From Eledone cirrhosa (lineage: Eukaryota), in the NCBI GenBank assembly GCA_964016885.1, contig OZ024744.1:92504001-92568000 (forward strand): 64,000 nucleotides of DNA, in the 5' to 3' direction. Positions 37,886 to 51,279 of this stretch are shown one piece after another. A program made the translations under genes and the position numbers. Numbering within the stretch: the stretch's first letter is position 1; each line of letters begins with the position of its first letter. The notes under the pieces are model-generated. The model worked only from the letters and a program-made list of their open reading frames with translations, searched no databases and had not been told where the DNA came from.

Positions 37886-39535
37886 AATTCCATAAATGGG
37901 AAGATAGTAATTGTCACAAGCATTGGTCAAACATTTGTTGTTAAGACATATGATTCTATCATGGCATTTAGTGGAAGGTAGGGGTAGCTGAACTTGCTGG
38001 TAGAACAAAGAGGGAGTGGGGGAAACCCAGTCAAGCGTTGAAAGTGAAATCTATACAGCAGATTCTAAGGATAGTGTATAGGAGGTCGAAAAAAGCCCTA
38101 CAGTACCACACCTAACTTTGCACAAAACATCGTCTCCTCTAACAACAAAAAACTCAACCCCTATGGAAGAAATAACCTAGACAGCAGTGGAGAGCCGACC
38201 AGGAGGTGTAACTGTCCGATGGATCCCTTTTCCCCCTCAACAACAGATGCCGAGATCGTAATGTGATCTACCAGTGCAACGTGAAGACGGACATCTCCAA
38301 CAAAGCTTATATAGGATTAATCGCTTGTGACTTCAAGACCCGGCTCTACCTACACAGAAATACTTTCCAAAACCCGGCCCGGCGTCATGCCACTACACTT
38401 TCGGGCCTCATCTGGGACCTCAAAGATAATAATATAACCTACAATCTCACTTGGAGCTTACTGTCCAGAGCCAACTCTTACACGGGAGGACGCCGTCCGT
38501 GTAACTTATGCTCGGAGGAAACATTACAAATGCTGTTTTCGAAGGACCAACTCCTAAACAAGAAAGACGAACTGGTAACTGCATGCAAACACAGATTGCG
38601 TAGGACTTACCTCGCCCCCAAACCCCATAATGACTCGGGTGGGGGGAGGGTAGACAAAGGCTGAAACACCCCACTTGCCGACTACAAAGGTAGACGTAAC
38701 TTTTTTATATTTTTTATCTTTTCCTCTATATTTTCTTCTCCCCCCCCCCCCCCCCCATCTCTTCCTAGTCCTTCCACCCCAGATATCCTTCCTTGTCGTT
38801 TTTTTTTTTCACCTTTTCGCCCACCCCGATGCAGCCCATCGATCCTCTGTAGCCTCAGTACCCCCACCCCCCTAATTTTAAGATAGAATTGGCCGATTAC
38901 GCTTTTTATAGCAGATGTATTAGACGCCTTCTTTCTGGTTGCTGCCCCATTTCCGTGATTTCTAGATTTCTTAGTGGTATTTTTGCATTTGTATTCTTGT
39001 ATTAGTATTTATGTATTAGCTTTCTGAATTAATATTTCGTTTTAGTTTTTTAGCATGTTTGTCCTCAACTTATTAACCTGTCATTGTAAGATAGCATTGA
39101 CTGAATACTACTAACTAACTATAGCAGTGGTGTTAGACCCCCTGTAAAGATGGCTTTATAAAATTCTTTCACTACCATCTCGTATTTAGTATTCCTCTCC
39201 ACCTATTAAACTTTTCTATAGCTTAGCAATACAAATGAGAGATTTGGTGATTGTGGAAGTGGAGTAGTAACCAGAAATTGTCTTTTATATTTTTTATATA
39301 TTTATTTCCTCATTTTTATAATGGCTTTTTTGTTTACTCCCTTTCGATTTACCTATTTTTTCAACAACACCCCCCCTCCCCTTCTCCAGTACACTTTTTT
39401 CGACCTTCTATACACTATCCTTAGAATCTGCTGTATAGATTTCACTTTCAACGCTTGACTGGGTTTCCCCCACTCCCTCTTTGTTCTACCGGCAAGTTCA
39501 GCTACCCCTACCTTCCACTAAATGCCATGATAGAA

Positions 39536-39717
39536 TAATTGTTTCTACTTTTGGCACAAGGCCAGCAAATTCTCCAGTGCATTACTGGTACTTTATTTTA
39601 TCGACCCCGTAAGGATGAAAGGCAAAGTTAACCTCGGCGGGATTTGAACTCAGAATAGCAAGGACCGGAGCTCTATGCGTCAAGGCATGGCGTCCGACCC
39701 TCTACCGATACTGCCAA
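39536..39717 (-). mobile_element. Family 1 SINE inserted in the PLE-B terminal repeat
   Basis: Reverse complement has GGCAGTATCGGTAGAG and GAGTTCAAATCCCGCCGAGG; absent from the inverted arm. Confidence 0.9.
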
Positions 39718-39781
39718 ATGTCTTAACAACAAATTTTTTACCAATCCTTGTGACAATTACTATCTTCCCATATAAGGAAAT

Positions 39782-39876
39782 ACCCCTGAGAAGTTCAGCT
39801 ATTTATTTACCAGGCTAAAAATTCTTATTTAGTCCAGAATTAGCCGTCGAAACGGCTTGAGCTCTGCCGTCGGGGT
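39782..39876 (+). ncRNA. Variant type I hammerhead (family B)
   Basis: ACCC-CTGAGAAG..AGCTA...TAGCCGTC-GAAA-CGGC-ttgagctct-GCCG-TC-GGGGT; GUC site. The core CUGAGAA deviates from CUGANGA. Confidence 0.62.
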
Positions 39877-39967
39877 CTTACTTGTTCCTATTACCCACTC
39901 TACTACCCTAAGTATTGAGTACTTTGGTGCCTTATGGTCCATCTGGTTCCTTACCACATTTCCTTCG

Positions 39968-40027
<60 letters not shown>

Positions 40028-40308
40028 TCAGGTTTGAGGTTCACCACTGTATAGAGCTGGTCTATTCCGTATGGTCAATCGTAATGCAATAATATAGAGA
40101 GTACTCTTGTGCCATGGGATCGACGTTAACCTATGCTCCCATCTCTTTCTGTTTTCGTTCATCTGACCGGTAGTAGCATACTATAAAATTTAGCCACGTC
40201 ACTCCAGGGCGACTGGCTGAGGTTGAAGGAACAGAATAGCGGTCGCCCTCGGGTCTCGATTTTCAGCCCCATGGATTTTACCTATTACATTCACGTATTA
40301 TATTTCGA

Positions 40309-40366
40309 ATACCTGATGATATCACCGGATTCATACGGAACCCGGTCATTGAAATGATCATAGTAT
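40309..40366 (+). ncRNA. Type I hammerhead (family D) in a ~385-bp ORF-less TA-flanked element, 40030-40415
   Basis: ATAC-CTGATGA-..ACCGG...CCGGT..-GAAA-TGATCA-TA-GTAT. Stem III is the palindrome ATGATCAT, as in dimerising minimal hammerheads; the base of stem II is imperfect. Confidence 0.78.
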
Positions 40367-40588
40367 AATAAACCTTTCAAGGATTTACACAAATCCAGCC
40401 TCCTGTCGTTTCATTATAATATATATATATATAGATAGATAATTTAATATATCTACTAACATAAGCGCACAGATGTACGCTAATGCCAGCAAATACACAG
40501 GTTATGTCATAGTACCTAGGTGGTTCAATGCAGGAGAATGCAGAACAATAATATAAAAGACGTCTTTATATATATATATATATATACG

Positions 40589-40630
<42 letters not shown>

Positions 40631-40668
40631 GGAGAAAGTTATAGTTCACTTGAAGCATTGTGTAATGA

Positions 40669-40900
40669 GGTATAAACATTTGTAAATGTATAATAAAGCC
40701 AAAACAACGCAGGTATGGACATTTAGAACACTGGTTCAACCGCTTTACTTCCCTCCGAAGAAGAGATATTATCTCGAAAATTAAGGACATTTAAATAAAT
40801 CTAAGGTAAAAGACTAATTGTCAACAATATCTTTTGCATTTGCATTCTTTATTCTATGTCCATACCTGCATTGTTTTGGCTTTATTATACATATACAAAC

Positions 40901-40905
<5 letters not shown>
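40669..40905 (+). mobile_element. Miniature PLE-C derivative: hammerhead-containing terminus with a ~50-bp inverted terminal repeat
   Basis: Matches 33648-33830; 40669-40721 is the reverse complement of 40856-40905. Confidence 0.8.
40752..40786 (+). ncRNA. Minimal type I hammerhead (family C)
   Basis: CCT-CCGAAGA-A-GAGAT-att-ATCTC-GAAA-AT-TA-AGG; U4C variant core and palindromic AATT stem III. Confidence 0.62.
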
Positions 40906-40988
<83 letters not shown>

Positions 40989-41032
40989 GGAATGTAGAGA
41001 AGTTACACACGAGTTGATATATATATATATAT

Positions 41033-41130
41033 AGGAACAAGTACTTGTTCCTATTACCCATTCTACTACCCTAAGTATTGAGTACTTTGGTGCGTTATGG
41101 TCCACCTGGTTCCTTACCACATTTCCTTCG

Positions 41131-41133
<3 letters not shown>
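41033..41133 (+). mobile_element. Isolated PLE-B terminus between (TA)n tracts, beginning with a fold-back AGGAACAAG-TA-CTTGTTCCT
   Basis: Matches 39879-39970. Confidence 0.8.
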
Positions 41134-41170
<37 letters not shown>

Positions 41171-41309
41171 AAACAGTAAAAAGGAAAAAATACAGTAGAA
41201 AATGCTGGTTTCAGCTTTATATGCTTTTTTCAATGGCGGAAGTGTATAGTGCAGTTAAATTGCATATTTATACGAATAATAATAAAATGGAGAAAAATAT
41301 ATATAATAT

Positions 41310-42260
41310 ATTTGTTTCTACTTTAGGCACAAGGCCAGCAATTACCCAGTTCATTACTGGTACTTTATTTTATCGACCCCGTAAGGATGAAAGGCAAAGT
41401 CAACCTCGGCGGGATTTGAACTCAGATCGTAAAGGGACGTAACTATGCTGGAAAGCATGGCATCCGACCCTCTACCGATACTGCCAATCCACCGCCGTAT
41501 ATTATATATTATTTACGTCAGCTGGTGAAAGAAAGAGGATAACAACCTGAAGACGTTATCTATACAAATATACGCAATGTTGACATCTACAGCTATTGTT
41601 TCTTTATTAAATAATAATCGCTTCTAAAACAACAACAATAACAACAACAAAAGCAATAACAATAATTGTTTATACTTTTGGCACAAGGCCAGCAATTATC
41701 GCAGTGCATTACTGGTACTTTATTTTATCGACCCTGTAAGGATGAAAGGCAAAGTTAAACTCGGCGGGATTTGAACTCAGAACGCAAAGGGACATAACTC
41801 TGTGCTGCAAAGCATGGTGTCTGCCACTCTACCGATACTGCCAATCCATATTATTTAACCACCAATACATTTACGTTTCCCCCGCGTTAGAGCAAAAACA
41901 AACTTTGTTTTTGATTTACGGCAAAGCCGGCCGTGTAATTTCTCGCTATGCAAATGAGGGTAATCAGCTAATGTATACATTTGAGAATATTATATATTCT
42001 CAGCAGTTCCAGCAGGTAGCAGTGATGAAAATACATAATCTTGATAAGGAGCAACAACTCTGAAACAATTGTCGATTGTTTTCTCTCTGCTACGATGTGG
42101 TAATCTAGAAAGCACACGTGGTGTTAATGAAGCTGTTTGCTTGCAAACAAACTGAATACTAATAATTGTTACTACTTGTGGCACAAGACCAGCAATTATC
42201 CCAATGTATCACTGGTATTTTATTATATCGACCCCCGTAAGGACGAAAGGCAAAGTTAAA
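41310..42260 (-). mobile_element. Three family 1 SINE copies (41310-41497, 41663-41849, 42163-42260)
   Basis: GGCACAAGGCCAGCAATT..ACTGGTACTTTATTTTATCGACCCC..GGATGAAAGGCAAAG recurs. Confidence 0.9.
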
Positions 42261-42479
42261 GTTAATATTATTAATAATATTATTGTACTATTATTATTAT
42301 TTACTCACGAATACATTTAGATATCTACCATGTTAGAGCGAAAACAAATTTTCTTTATATATATATGACACCGAACCGAGACCTCTGGCATTAAGCAGTA
42401 ATACAGAAGACCCGACTTCCCACGGATACAAGCCCAAGCTGGAGCATTGAAATATATAGACAGCATGCCCGCACCTCCT

Positions 42480-42853
42480 CCCACTGTAGAGTGGACGTGT
42501 AGGCGCCACGGCAAAAAGCACCAAGTCCCCACTGTGTAGTGGTCATGTAGGCGACACGGCAAAAAGCACCAAGTCCCCACTGTGTAGTGGTCATGTAGGC
42601 GACACGGCAAAAAGCACCAAGTCCCCACTGTGTAGTGGTCATGTAGGCGACACGGCAAAAAGCTCCCAGTACTCATTGTAAATGAGGTTGGTTGTTAGGA
42701 AGGACATCCAGCTGTAGAAATCAAGCCAAAATCAGTTCCCTTATGAGCAAGACATGGTCACCTGACGTGGCATTGTCCACAACAGGACAGCCTGTCTAAC
42801 CCATGCTAGCGTGAAAGAACGGACGTAAAACAGTGATGATGTTGATGATGATG

Positions 42854-42855
<2 letters not shown>
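42480..42855 (+). mobile_element. SINE 3' body: four 48-bp repeats and a tail ending in (GAT)n
   Basis: GGTCATGTAGGCGACACGGCAAAAAGCACC units, then GGACATCCAGCTGTAGAAATCAAGCC; a related copy lies on the minus strand at 43930-44160. Confidence 0.8.
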
Positions 42856-42900
<45 letters not shown>

Positions 42901-42957
42901 TAAAATAACAGATTAAAGTTTAAGCAAAGAATCGCTGCTTTCACCATGCATGTATGC

Positions 42958-43037
<80 letters not shown>

Positions 43038-43221
43038 TAATTTATTAAAATAACAGATTAAAGTTTAAGCAAATAATCGGTGCTTTCACCCTTAACGGGA
43101 TCTTCTGAAACTAACAAAGTCAATCTGTAAATTCAGAAGTGAATATTTCAAAAAACGTTGCAACCGGAGGAAGACAGGAAGACGATACTTTGGTTCGTGG
43201 AAACGTTCCCTGGCAAAGCAC

Positions 43222-43300
<79 letters not shown>

Positions 43301-44512
43301 GATTTATATTCACCATTCCTTCCGTAGTTAATATGTTCGTCACCTCTGGTCGTTTTTTATCTCCTATGATTGACGAACATTTGAACATATTAACATATTA
43401 ACTACGGAAGGAACGGTGAATATAAATCAATAAAAAGAATATATTAAAGTATACTAACCATCCAATTATAACTATTACACCTGGACATGTTCAAATTAGA
43501 GTATGTTTCGCTATAAAAATTGAAGAATCCATATCGCAGATGTAGCTCATCGGTATATACCTATCAATATGATCAACACTTCTAAAAATATATCAGAGAA
43601 CTAAGAAAACAAGCATGGTATAGAAGAAAGATGTGCGTTTTGTAGTGGTGTTATGATTGAACACATATTTCTATGTGTACTCCTCTCTATATATGGATTT
43701 ATAAAGAGCTTGGAATCTATTCCTTGAGCTCATTATATTATTGATATACGTATATCAATAGTTCGTTTACTAACCATCCAATTATAACTATAACATCCGG
43801 ACTCAAATTAGAGTATGTTTCGCTATAAAAAGTGAATGCTGATTTATAAAAGGCCCGGAATCTATTCCTTGAGCTTATTAAATTATAGGGGATGAATGTG
43901 AATCTTTAACTCCCTTTTTTAATTTTACATCTTCATCATCATCATCATCATCATCATCATTTAACGTCCATCTTCCATGCTAGCATAGGTGAGACGGGTT
44001 TGTCCCACTTGAGGCAAGATTGGTCGGGTGACAGCGTCTCGCTCGTATAGAACTGTATCTGGCAGGTTTTCTATGGCTGGATGCTCTTCCTAATGCCAAC
44101 CACATCTACAATGTGGACTGGGAGCCCTTCTACTGTGTCTCCTACACGACCACTTTACATATATTTATAATTTATCTAGGGTAACTTTAATAGCTTGTAG
44201 TTTTGTTGAAACTTTTAATAATTTGACTTCCATATAAAATATTTTTCACAGTCATGCTGCCAATAAAAACACACGCATCTGTTGGATTTGACTTAGATTT
44301 ATTTTCTGAATTTGACTTCCATATTAAGTATTTTAATAGTAGGTTATGTTTTATGCTTTTAATAAATATTTGTAATTTCAAATGGTTCAGGTTGGATTTG
44401 GATGGAACTAACTGTAATTGCAGAGATTTTGGTTTGTTAGGTAAGATAGCACTCTAGTGTTTTAAAATAAATGTATCCGTCAATCACAGAAATGGCTCTG
44501 GTTAATATAGAT

Positions 44513-45284
44513 CAGAGATTCTTAATCTTTTGAGGCCACTGCTTCCCTCACGGCGATGGAATACCCTCAGCGCCCCTCAACCCTATTTCCAGACAGACCT
44601 GCCCACATGCAAATTGTAAATAATAATATATAATAAATAAAATCGTTAATTTATATATAATGAATAATATAATATATATTATGTATAAATGAATATTATA
44701 TAGAGTGTTGCAGTTCGCTTGAAGCATTGTTGAATATGAAATATAAATTTAAATAATTTTTAAAACCATACAATGCATTAGAAAATTAAAAGTGACAAGA
44801 TAACAATAGAATCTTTTGCTAAGGTAAGATTATATTGTTATCTTGGCACTTTTAATTTTCTAATGTATTGTATGGTTTTAAAAATGATTTAAATTTATAA
44901 ATATTATATATTTTGTATTTTATTATATTTATATATATATATAAGGGCGATGGATTGGCAGTATCGGTAGAGAGTCGGACGCCATGTTTTCCAGCATAGT
45001 TACGTCCCTTTACGGACTGAGTTCAAATCCCGCCGAGGTTAACTTTGCCTTTCATCCTTTCGGGGTCGATAAAATAAAGTACCAGTAATGCACTGAGTAA
45101 TTGCTGGCCTTGTGTCAAAAGTAGAAACAATTATATTTATATATAATATGTATCATTTGATATTTAATATATTATTATATCATCTCTACTGCCCCCTTAG
45201 ACCCCAGCGCCCCCTGGACTTTCTCGGCATTCCCTGGTGGGTAAGGGGGGGGGGGGGCGGTTGCGCCCACTTTCAGAACTTCTG
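44513..45284. mobile_element. hAT (Charlie-like) non-autonomous element containing a palindrome and a family 1 SINE (44945-45133, +)
   Basis: TIRs CAGAGATTCTTAA / TTCAGAACTTCTG; 8-bp TSD ATATAGAT / ATGTAGAT; subterminal GCGCCCC motifs. Confidence 0.7.
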
Positions 45285-45984
45285 ATGTAGATTATTATGC
45301 AATGGGATTGTAGTCACTGCAGATAATAATAAGTAATGTTTATTATTATACAGAAACTGTGTAATACGACAGCTGCAGCTTGAAATAGTCTGTCTTCCTC
45401 ATGTTGGTATTTAGAGCAGGTTGGTGATTGAGTTTATAGAGTATGAGACAAGAAATATGAATGGCTAGATTTCTTTTCAACACACTCACGCGTATTCACA
45501 CGCATCTTCTATTATATCAAACGTTAAACTAATATATTTCTTCATTGTACTGTGTCATTTGGTTTGTTATTTCTGTTTACTTTTTTTCATATATGCAAAT
45601 ATATATATATGTGTGTGTGTGTATGTGTGTGCGTGTGTGTATATGTGTATGTGTGTGCGCGTGTGTATGTAGATTGTACACACAAGTGTAGTGAATGTTA
45701 GACGCTGTTTTCTGTAGTTTGTCGTCACCCCTTCCTTCCTCAGTCATTTCTAGTGTGAGACACAAGGCTGGACGGACGTACAGATGGAAGTCACTCAAAT
45801 TTATATATAGATGTGTTAGGTCTGGTTGAATAAGCAGTTGCCGTCCTGCGGGGAAACGCCTTCTCCATTCTGCCCGCGGGGCTGTGGTGAAGCCACCAAT
45901 ATGATTGACTGACTTGTCATTTGATCAGTCAGATTCAAAAAACTAGTTACATACCTTACATTAAGGTACTATTATTGCGGTTAA

Positions 45985-46370
45985 TTGGCAGTATCGGTAA
46001 AGGGTCGAACTCCATGCTTTGTAACATAGTTACGTCCCTTTACGGTCTGAGTTCAAATCCCACCGAGGTTGACTTTGCCTTTCATCCTTACGGGATCGAT
46101 AAAATAAAGTACCAGTAATGCACTAATTGCTGGCCTTGTGCCAAATGTAGGGCTGTGGATTGGCAGTATCGGTAGAGCATCGGAGACCATGCTTTGCAGC
46201 ATAGAGTTTCGCCCCTTTATGATCTGTGTTCAAATCCTGCCGTCGTTAACTTTGCCTTTCATCCGTACGGGGTCTATAAAATAAAGTACCAGTCACGCAC
46301 TGGTGTCGATTTAATCGACTTTCCCCTCCTCCCCCAAATTGCTGGCCTTGTGCCTATATAAGAAATCATT
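45985..46370 (+). mobile_element. Two tandem family 1 SINEs
   Basis: TTGGCAGTATCGGTA..GTTCAAATCC..CTTTGCCTTTCATCC..AGTACCAG occurs twice. Confidence 0.9.
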
Positions 46371-47094
46371 ATTCCATTTGTTTATATGATGAATGGTTTT
46401 TAAGGTCAATAATGAATACATTAAATAGGCAGCATTTAGTTTATAGTTGGCTTTGTTTTACTTTGTTTTACTGACAGTCAATGGTTTTAATCGCCAGGTG
46501 TTTTTTTTTTTATAGTTAACTTGGTCTTTCTGAGTTGATTATTTACAAGTTGAGACATCTGCGGATTACTTTGCTGTGTTTCTTTCTAGATCTATCTACG
46601 TGCAGATTTAAGTATTTTACATGGTACTATTTACTCATTTCCATTTAATATATATATATATATATATAGTACGGCTGATACCTAAATATATATATATACA
46701 CACACACAACACATATATATATATATATTAATAATCTGTTATTTTAATAAATATATATATATATATATATAAATCTGCCAAAATATACGATAGTGCCCAA
46801 TCCGTATGAAGAATTCAATGTAATCCAAATATAGAAGATATCATGAAAAGAGAAGATTCATTCAAAATTGTTTGATAAAAATCATAGGAAAACAGAGTCA
46901 AGATAAATTAATAAAAACAATGAAATAAACACAAAGAACAAGTTCCTTGTATTAAAATATTCATCATTTTACGATCGTTTCTGGGATGTATATGTGTGTT
47001 GCTATGTATATCATATATATCTATGTAAAAATATTACAAATTATCAGAGGAAATATACATACCTTAATTTTATTCATATATACACATATATATA

Positions 47095-47405
47095 TCATCA
47101 TCATCATCATCCTTTCACGTCCGCTTTTCCCTGCTTGCAAGGGTGGGACGGGAACTGATTCTGGTTTGATTTCTACAGCTCGATGCGCTTCCTAACACCA
47201 ACCTCATTTACCGTGAGTGGTGGGTGCTTTTTTGCCGTGGCACCTCCACAACATTTTGCAGTCCTATCATCTCACTTTTACAGCTGAGTAAACTGGAACA
47301 ATGTGAAATAAAGTGTCTTGTTCAAGGAAACAACACATAATCCGGTCTAAGTATTGAACTCACAACCTTTCGATTGCAAGGTCAATGCTCTAACCCCTAA
47401 GCCAT
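47095..47405 (-). mobile_element. CORE-type SINE with RTE-like tail
   Basis: Colinear with 32383-32775. Confidence 0.88.
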
Positions 47406-47406
47406 G

Positions 47407-47882
<476 letters not shown>

Positions 47883-47946
47883 ATATATATATATATATCT
47901 ATATATATATAATAAATAACAAAGAACGCCTATAGCATATGCATAT

Positions 47947-48004
47947 CTTTACTTGCTAACATTGTTTCATCCGCACTATAAGTGGGACTCATCAGAGCAT
48001 AAAG
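47947..48004 (-). ncRNA. Type I hammerhead ribozyme (family F)
   Basis: Reverse complement of 51222-51279. Confidence 0.82.
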
Positions 48005-48574
48005 GTTAATTACATACCATACAAGCAATAACAAATCCAAGACATTGAAGAATGAAAAATAATAATAGACGATAAAGGATATTAAGGAAGTAAAAGTAAA
48101 AATAAAGATAAGAATAAAAATAAAAATAAAAATAAAATTAAAAATAAAAATAAGATAATAAAATAAACAATGAAAAATAAGGGGTGCTATCAGTCACAGT
48201 TGGGCGGGGTGCTGTCAACATATAGTTACATACAAGCATACACATGGATAAGAGAACAGACAAGAGTAGATAAGATAGATAGGATTAGGTAAGAGTAGGT
48301 AGAAAATAGGTGAAAAACAGACTTATAATATATATAAGAAAATATAAAGAAATACATAACAAACTTACATATAAAATATAAAATATACGGATAATAGTGA
48401 TACAGGGTAAGGAATGAGATAAAATAATATAAAATTAAAATTAAAATTATATAAAATAGAACATAATATAATATAATCATAAAATAAGATAAAATAAGGT
48501 AAACTAAAATAAAATAAAATAGACTAAATTAAAATAATATAATATAAGATATAATTAAATATAATTAAATATAA

Positions 48575-48606
<32 letters not shown>

Positions 48607-48656
48607 AGTTAAATAAATAAGTAAAATTAAAATTAAAATTAAAATTAAAATTAAAT

Positions 48657-48696
<40 letters not shown>

Positions 48697-48705
48697 GTAA
48701 ATAAG

Positions 48706-48740
<35 letters not shown>

Positions 48741-50479
48741 ATGGAATTAAATAAGTAAATAAATAAAATTAGATAACATGAAATGAAATAAAATAAAATA
48801 AAATGAAATAAAGTAAATTGAGATAAGATATATATTTTTTTAGAATATATCTCTTGAATATATCAGGGGCCCACGAAGGCACTAAGTGTCACAGTTATGT
48901 GTATCACTTGACCATTTTTTTTTTTTTAAATATATTTCTTGAAAATATCAGGGGCCCACGAAGGCACTAAGTGTCACAGTCACCAGTATCACTTGACCAT
49001 TGCAAGGCAATGGAGGCGTCCCAGGTTGGGCAGTCTCAAAAGTTCACTCGAAAGTCGCGGGTGTGCATTCACACAGTTGAGCGGTGGGATAATCACAAAC
49101 CGGTTCACACCCGGGCAGGAGTCCAATAGTCAGAGTGAGGTGCATCGAAGGAAGGTAGGAGAATTCACGTGCATTAGCAAGCGAGGTGCAGGCGGGTTAG
49201 CCAAAGCAAGCAGACACAGTTGGAGCGCATACAAAAGATATATAAAAAGACAGAAGATATATAAAAAATAGCTTCAAGAGCCATTAAGTCACCGCATTGG
49301 GACATCACAAGATTATACACATCAATATGTTCAGCACGTATATGCACATATACACACCACATGCATATGCAGAGACGGTATACATATATATATATATATT
49401 TTTTTATATACAGACATATACAACCACCTACACCCATACACGTATAAATGTATACACGGACACACACGCACACACACACAGCGTAGGACACCCGGGTCAA
49501 AGCTGATATTAAACACCGAAATACCACATTAGGCCAGACCCACCACCACGGATAATACATTCAAAATAAATACATACGATGAGATGCAGTAAAATAAAGT
49601 TGAAATCCTACGGAGATAATCATGTCCGCACGTGCCATTGCCCGATTCAATGAATCAGGCAATGGCACGTGGTGGTGGGTCTGGCCTAATGTGGTATTTC
49701 GGTGTTTAATATCAGCTTTGACCCGGGTGTCCTACGCTGTGTGTGTGCGTGTGTGTCCGTGTATACATTTATACGTGTATGGGTGTAGGTGGTTGTATAT
49801 GTCTGTATATAAAAAAATATATATATATATATGTATACCGTCTCTGCATATGCATGTGGTGTGTATATGTGCATATACGTGCTGAACATATTGATGTGTA
49901 CAATCTTGTGATGTCCCAATGCGGTGACTTAATGGCTCTTGAAGCTATTTTTTATATATCTTCTGTCTTTTTATATATCTTTTGTATGCGCTCCAACTGT
50001 GTCTGCTTGCTTTGGCTAACCCGCCTGCACCTCGCTTGCTAATGCACGTGAATTCTCCTACCTTCCTTCGATGCACCTCTCTCTGACCATTGGACTCCTG
50101 CCCGGGTGTGAACCGGTTTGTGATTACCCCACCGCTCAACTGTGTGAATGCACACCCGCGACTTTCGAGTGAACTTTTGAGACTGCCCAACCTGGGACGC
50201 CTCCATTGCCTTGCAATGGTCAAGTGATACTGGTGACTGTGACACTTAGTGCCTTCGTGGGCCCCTGATATTTTCAAGAAATATATTTAAAAAAAAAAAA
50301 AAAAATGGTCAAGTGATACACATAACTGTGACACTTAGTGCTTTCGTGGGCCCCTGATATATTCAAGAGATATATTCTAAAAAAATATATATCTTATCTC
50401 AATTTACTTTATTTCATTTTATTTTATTTTATTTCATTTCATGTTATCTAATTTTATTTATTTACTTATTTAATTCCAT

Positions 50480-50518
<39 letters not shown>

Positions 50519-50519
50519 C

Positions 50520-50579
<60 letters not shown>

Positions 50580-50629
50580 ATTTAATTTTAATTTTAATTT
50601 TAATTTTAATTTTACTTATTTATTTAACT

Positions 50630-50661
<32 letters not shown>

Positions 50662-51221
50662 TTATATTTAATTATATCTTATATTATATTATTTTAATTT
50701 AGTCTATTTTATTTTATTTTAGTTTACCTTATTTTATCTTATTTTATGATTATATTATATTATGTTCTATTTTATATAATTTTAATTTTAATTTTATATT
50801 ATTTTATCTCATTCCTTACCCTGTATCACTATTATCCGTATATTTTATATTTTATATGTAAGTTTGTTATGTATTTCTTTATATTTTCTTATATATATTA
50901 TAAGTCTGTTTTTCACCTATTTTCTACCTACTCTTACCTAATCCTATCTATCTTATCTACTCTTGTCTGTTCTCTTATCCATGTGTATGCTTGTATGTAA
51001 CTATATGTTGACAGCACCCCGCCCAACTGTGACTGATAGCACCCCTTATTTTTCATTGTTTATTTTATTATCTTATTTTTATTTTTATTTTTATTTTTAT
51101 TTTTATTTTTATTCTTATCTTTATTTTTACTTTTACTTCCTTAATATCCTTTATCGTCTATTATTATTTTTCATTCTTCAATGTCTTGGATTTGTTATTG
51201 CTTGTATGGTATGTAATTAAC

Positions 51222-51279
51222 CTTTATGCTCTGATGAGTCCCACTTATAGTGCGGATGAAACAATGTTAGCAAGTAAAG
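51222..51279 (+). ncRNA. Type I hammerhead ribozyme (family F)
   Basis: CTTTA-TGCT-CTGATGA-GTCCCAC-ttata-GTGCGGAT-GAAA-C-aat-G-TT-AGCA-ag-TAAAG; stem I has a bulge; GUU site. Confidence 0.82.

Larger units (their letters stand above)
37777..39970 (+). mobile_element. Penelope-like element, family B: GIY-YIG remnant (about 38200-38664), 3' UTR, and inverted terminal copy (37777-38095 vs 39394-39889)
   Basis: IYQCNV..AYIGL..FKTR..H..TTLSGLIWDLK..CNLC.EE..LLNKKDEL..CKH; ~320-bp inverted repeat; ends in (TA)n. Confidence 0.88.

Noticed and set aside
41547-41560. CTGAAGA motif
   Set aside because: No stem II or GAAA follows.
41948-41955. Octamer motif ATGCAAAT
   Set aside because: It is expected by chance in AT-rich DNA, and no linked gene was found.
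45354-45419. Possible small exon (AG...GT)
   Set aside because: Stops occur in all plus frames and there is no partner exon or homology.
44945-46370. tRNA gene candidates (A and B boxes)
   Set aside because: They are SINE heads continuing into SINE bodies, with no cloverleaf.
48939-50277. 110-aa ORFs in the palindrome arms
   Set aside because: They have no recognisable domain and are duplicated only because of the inversion.
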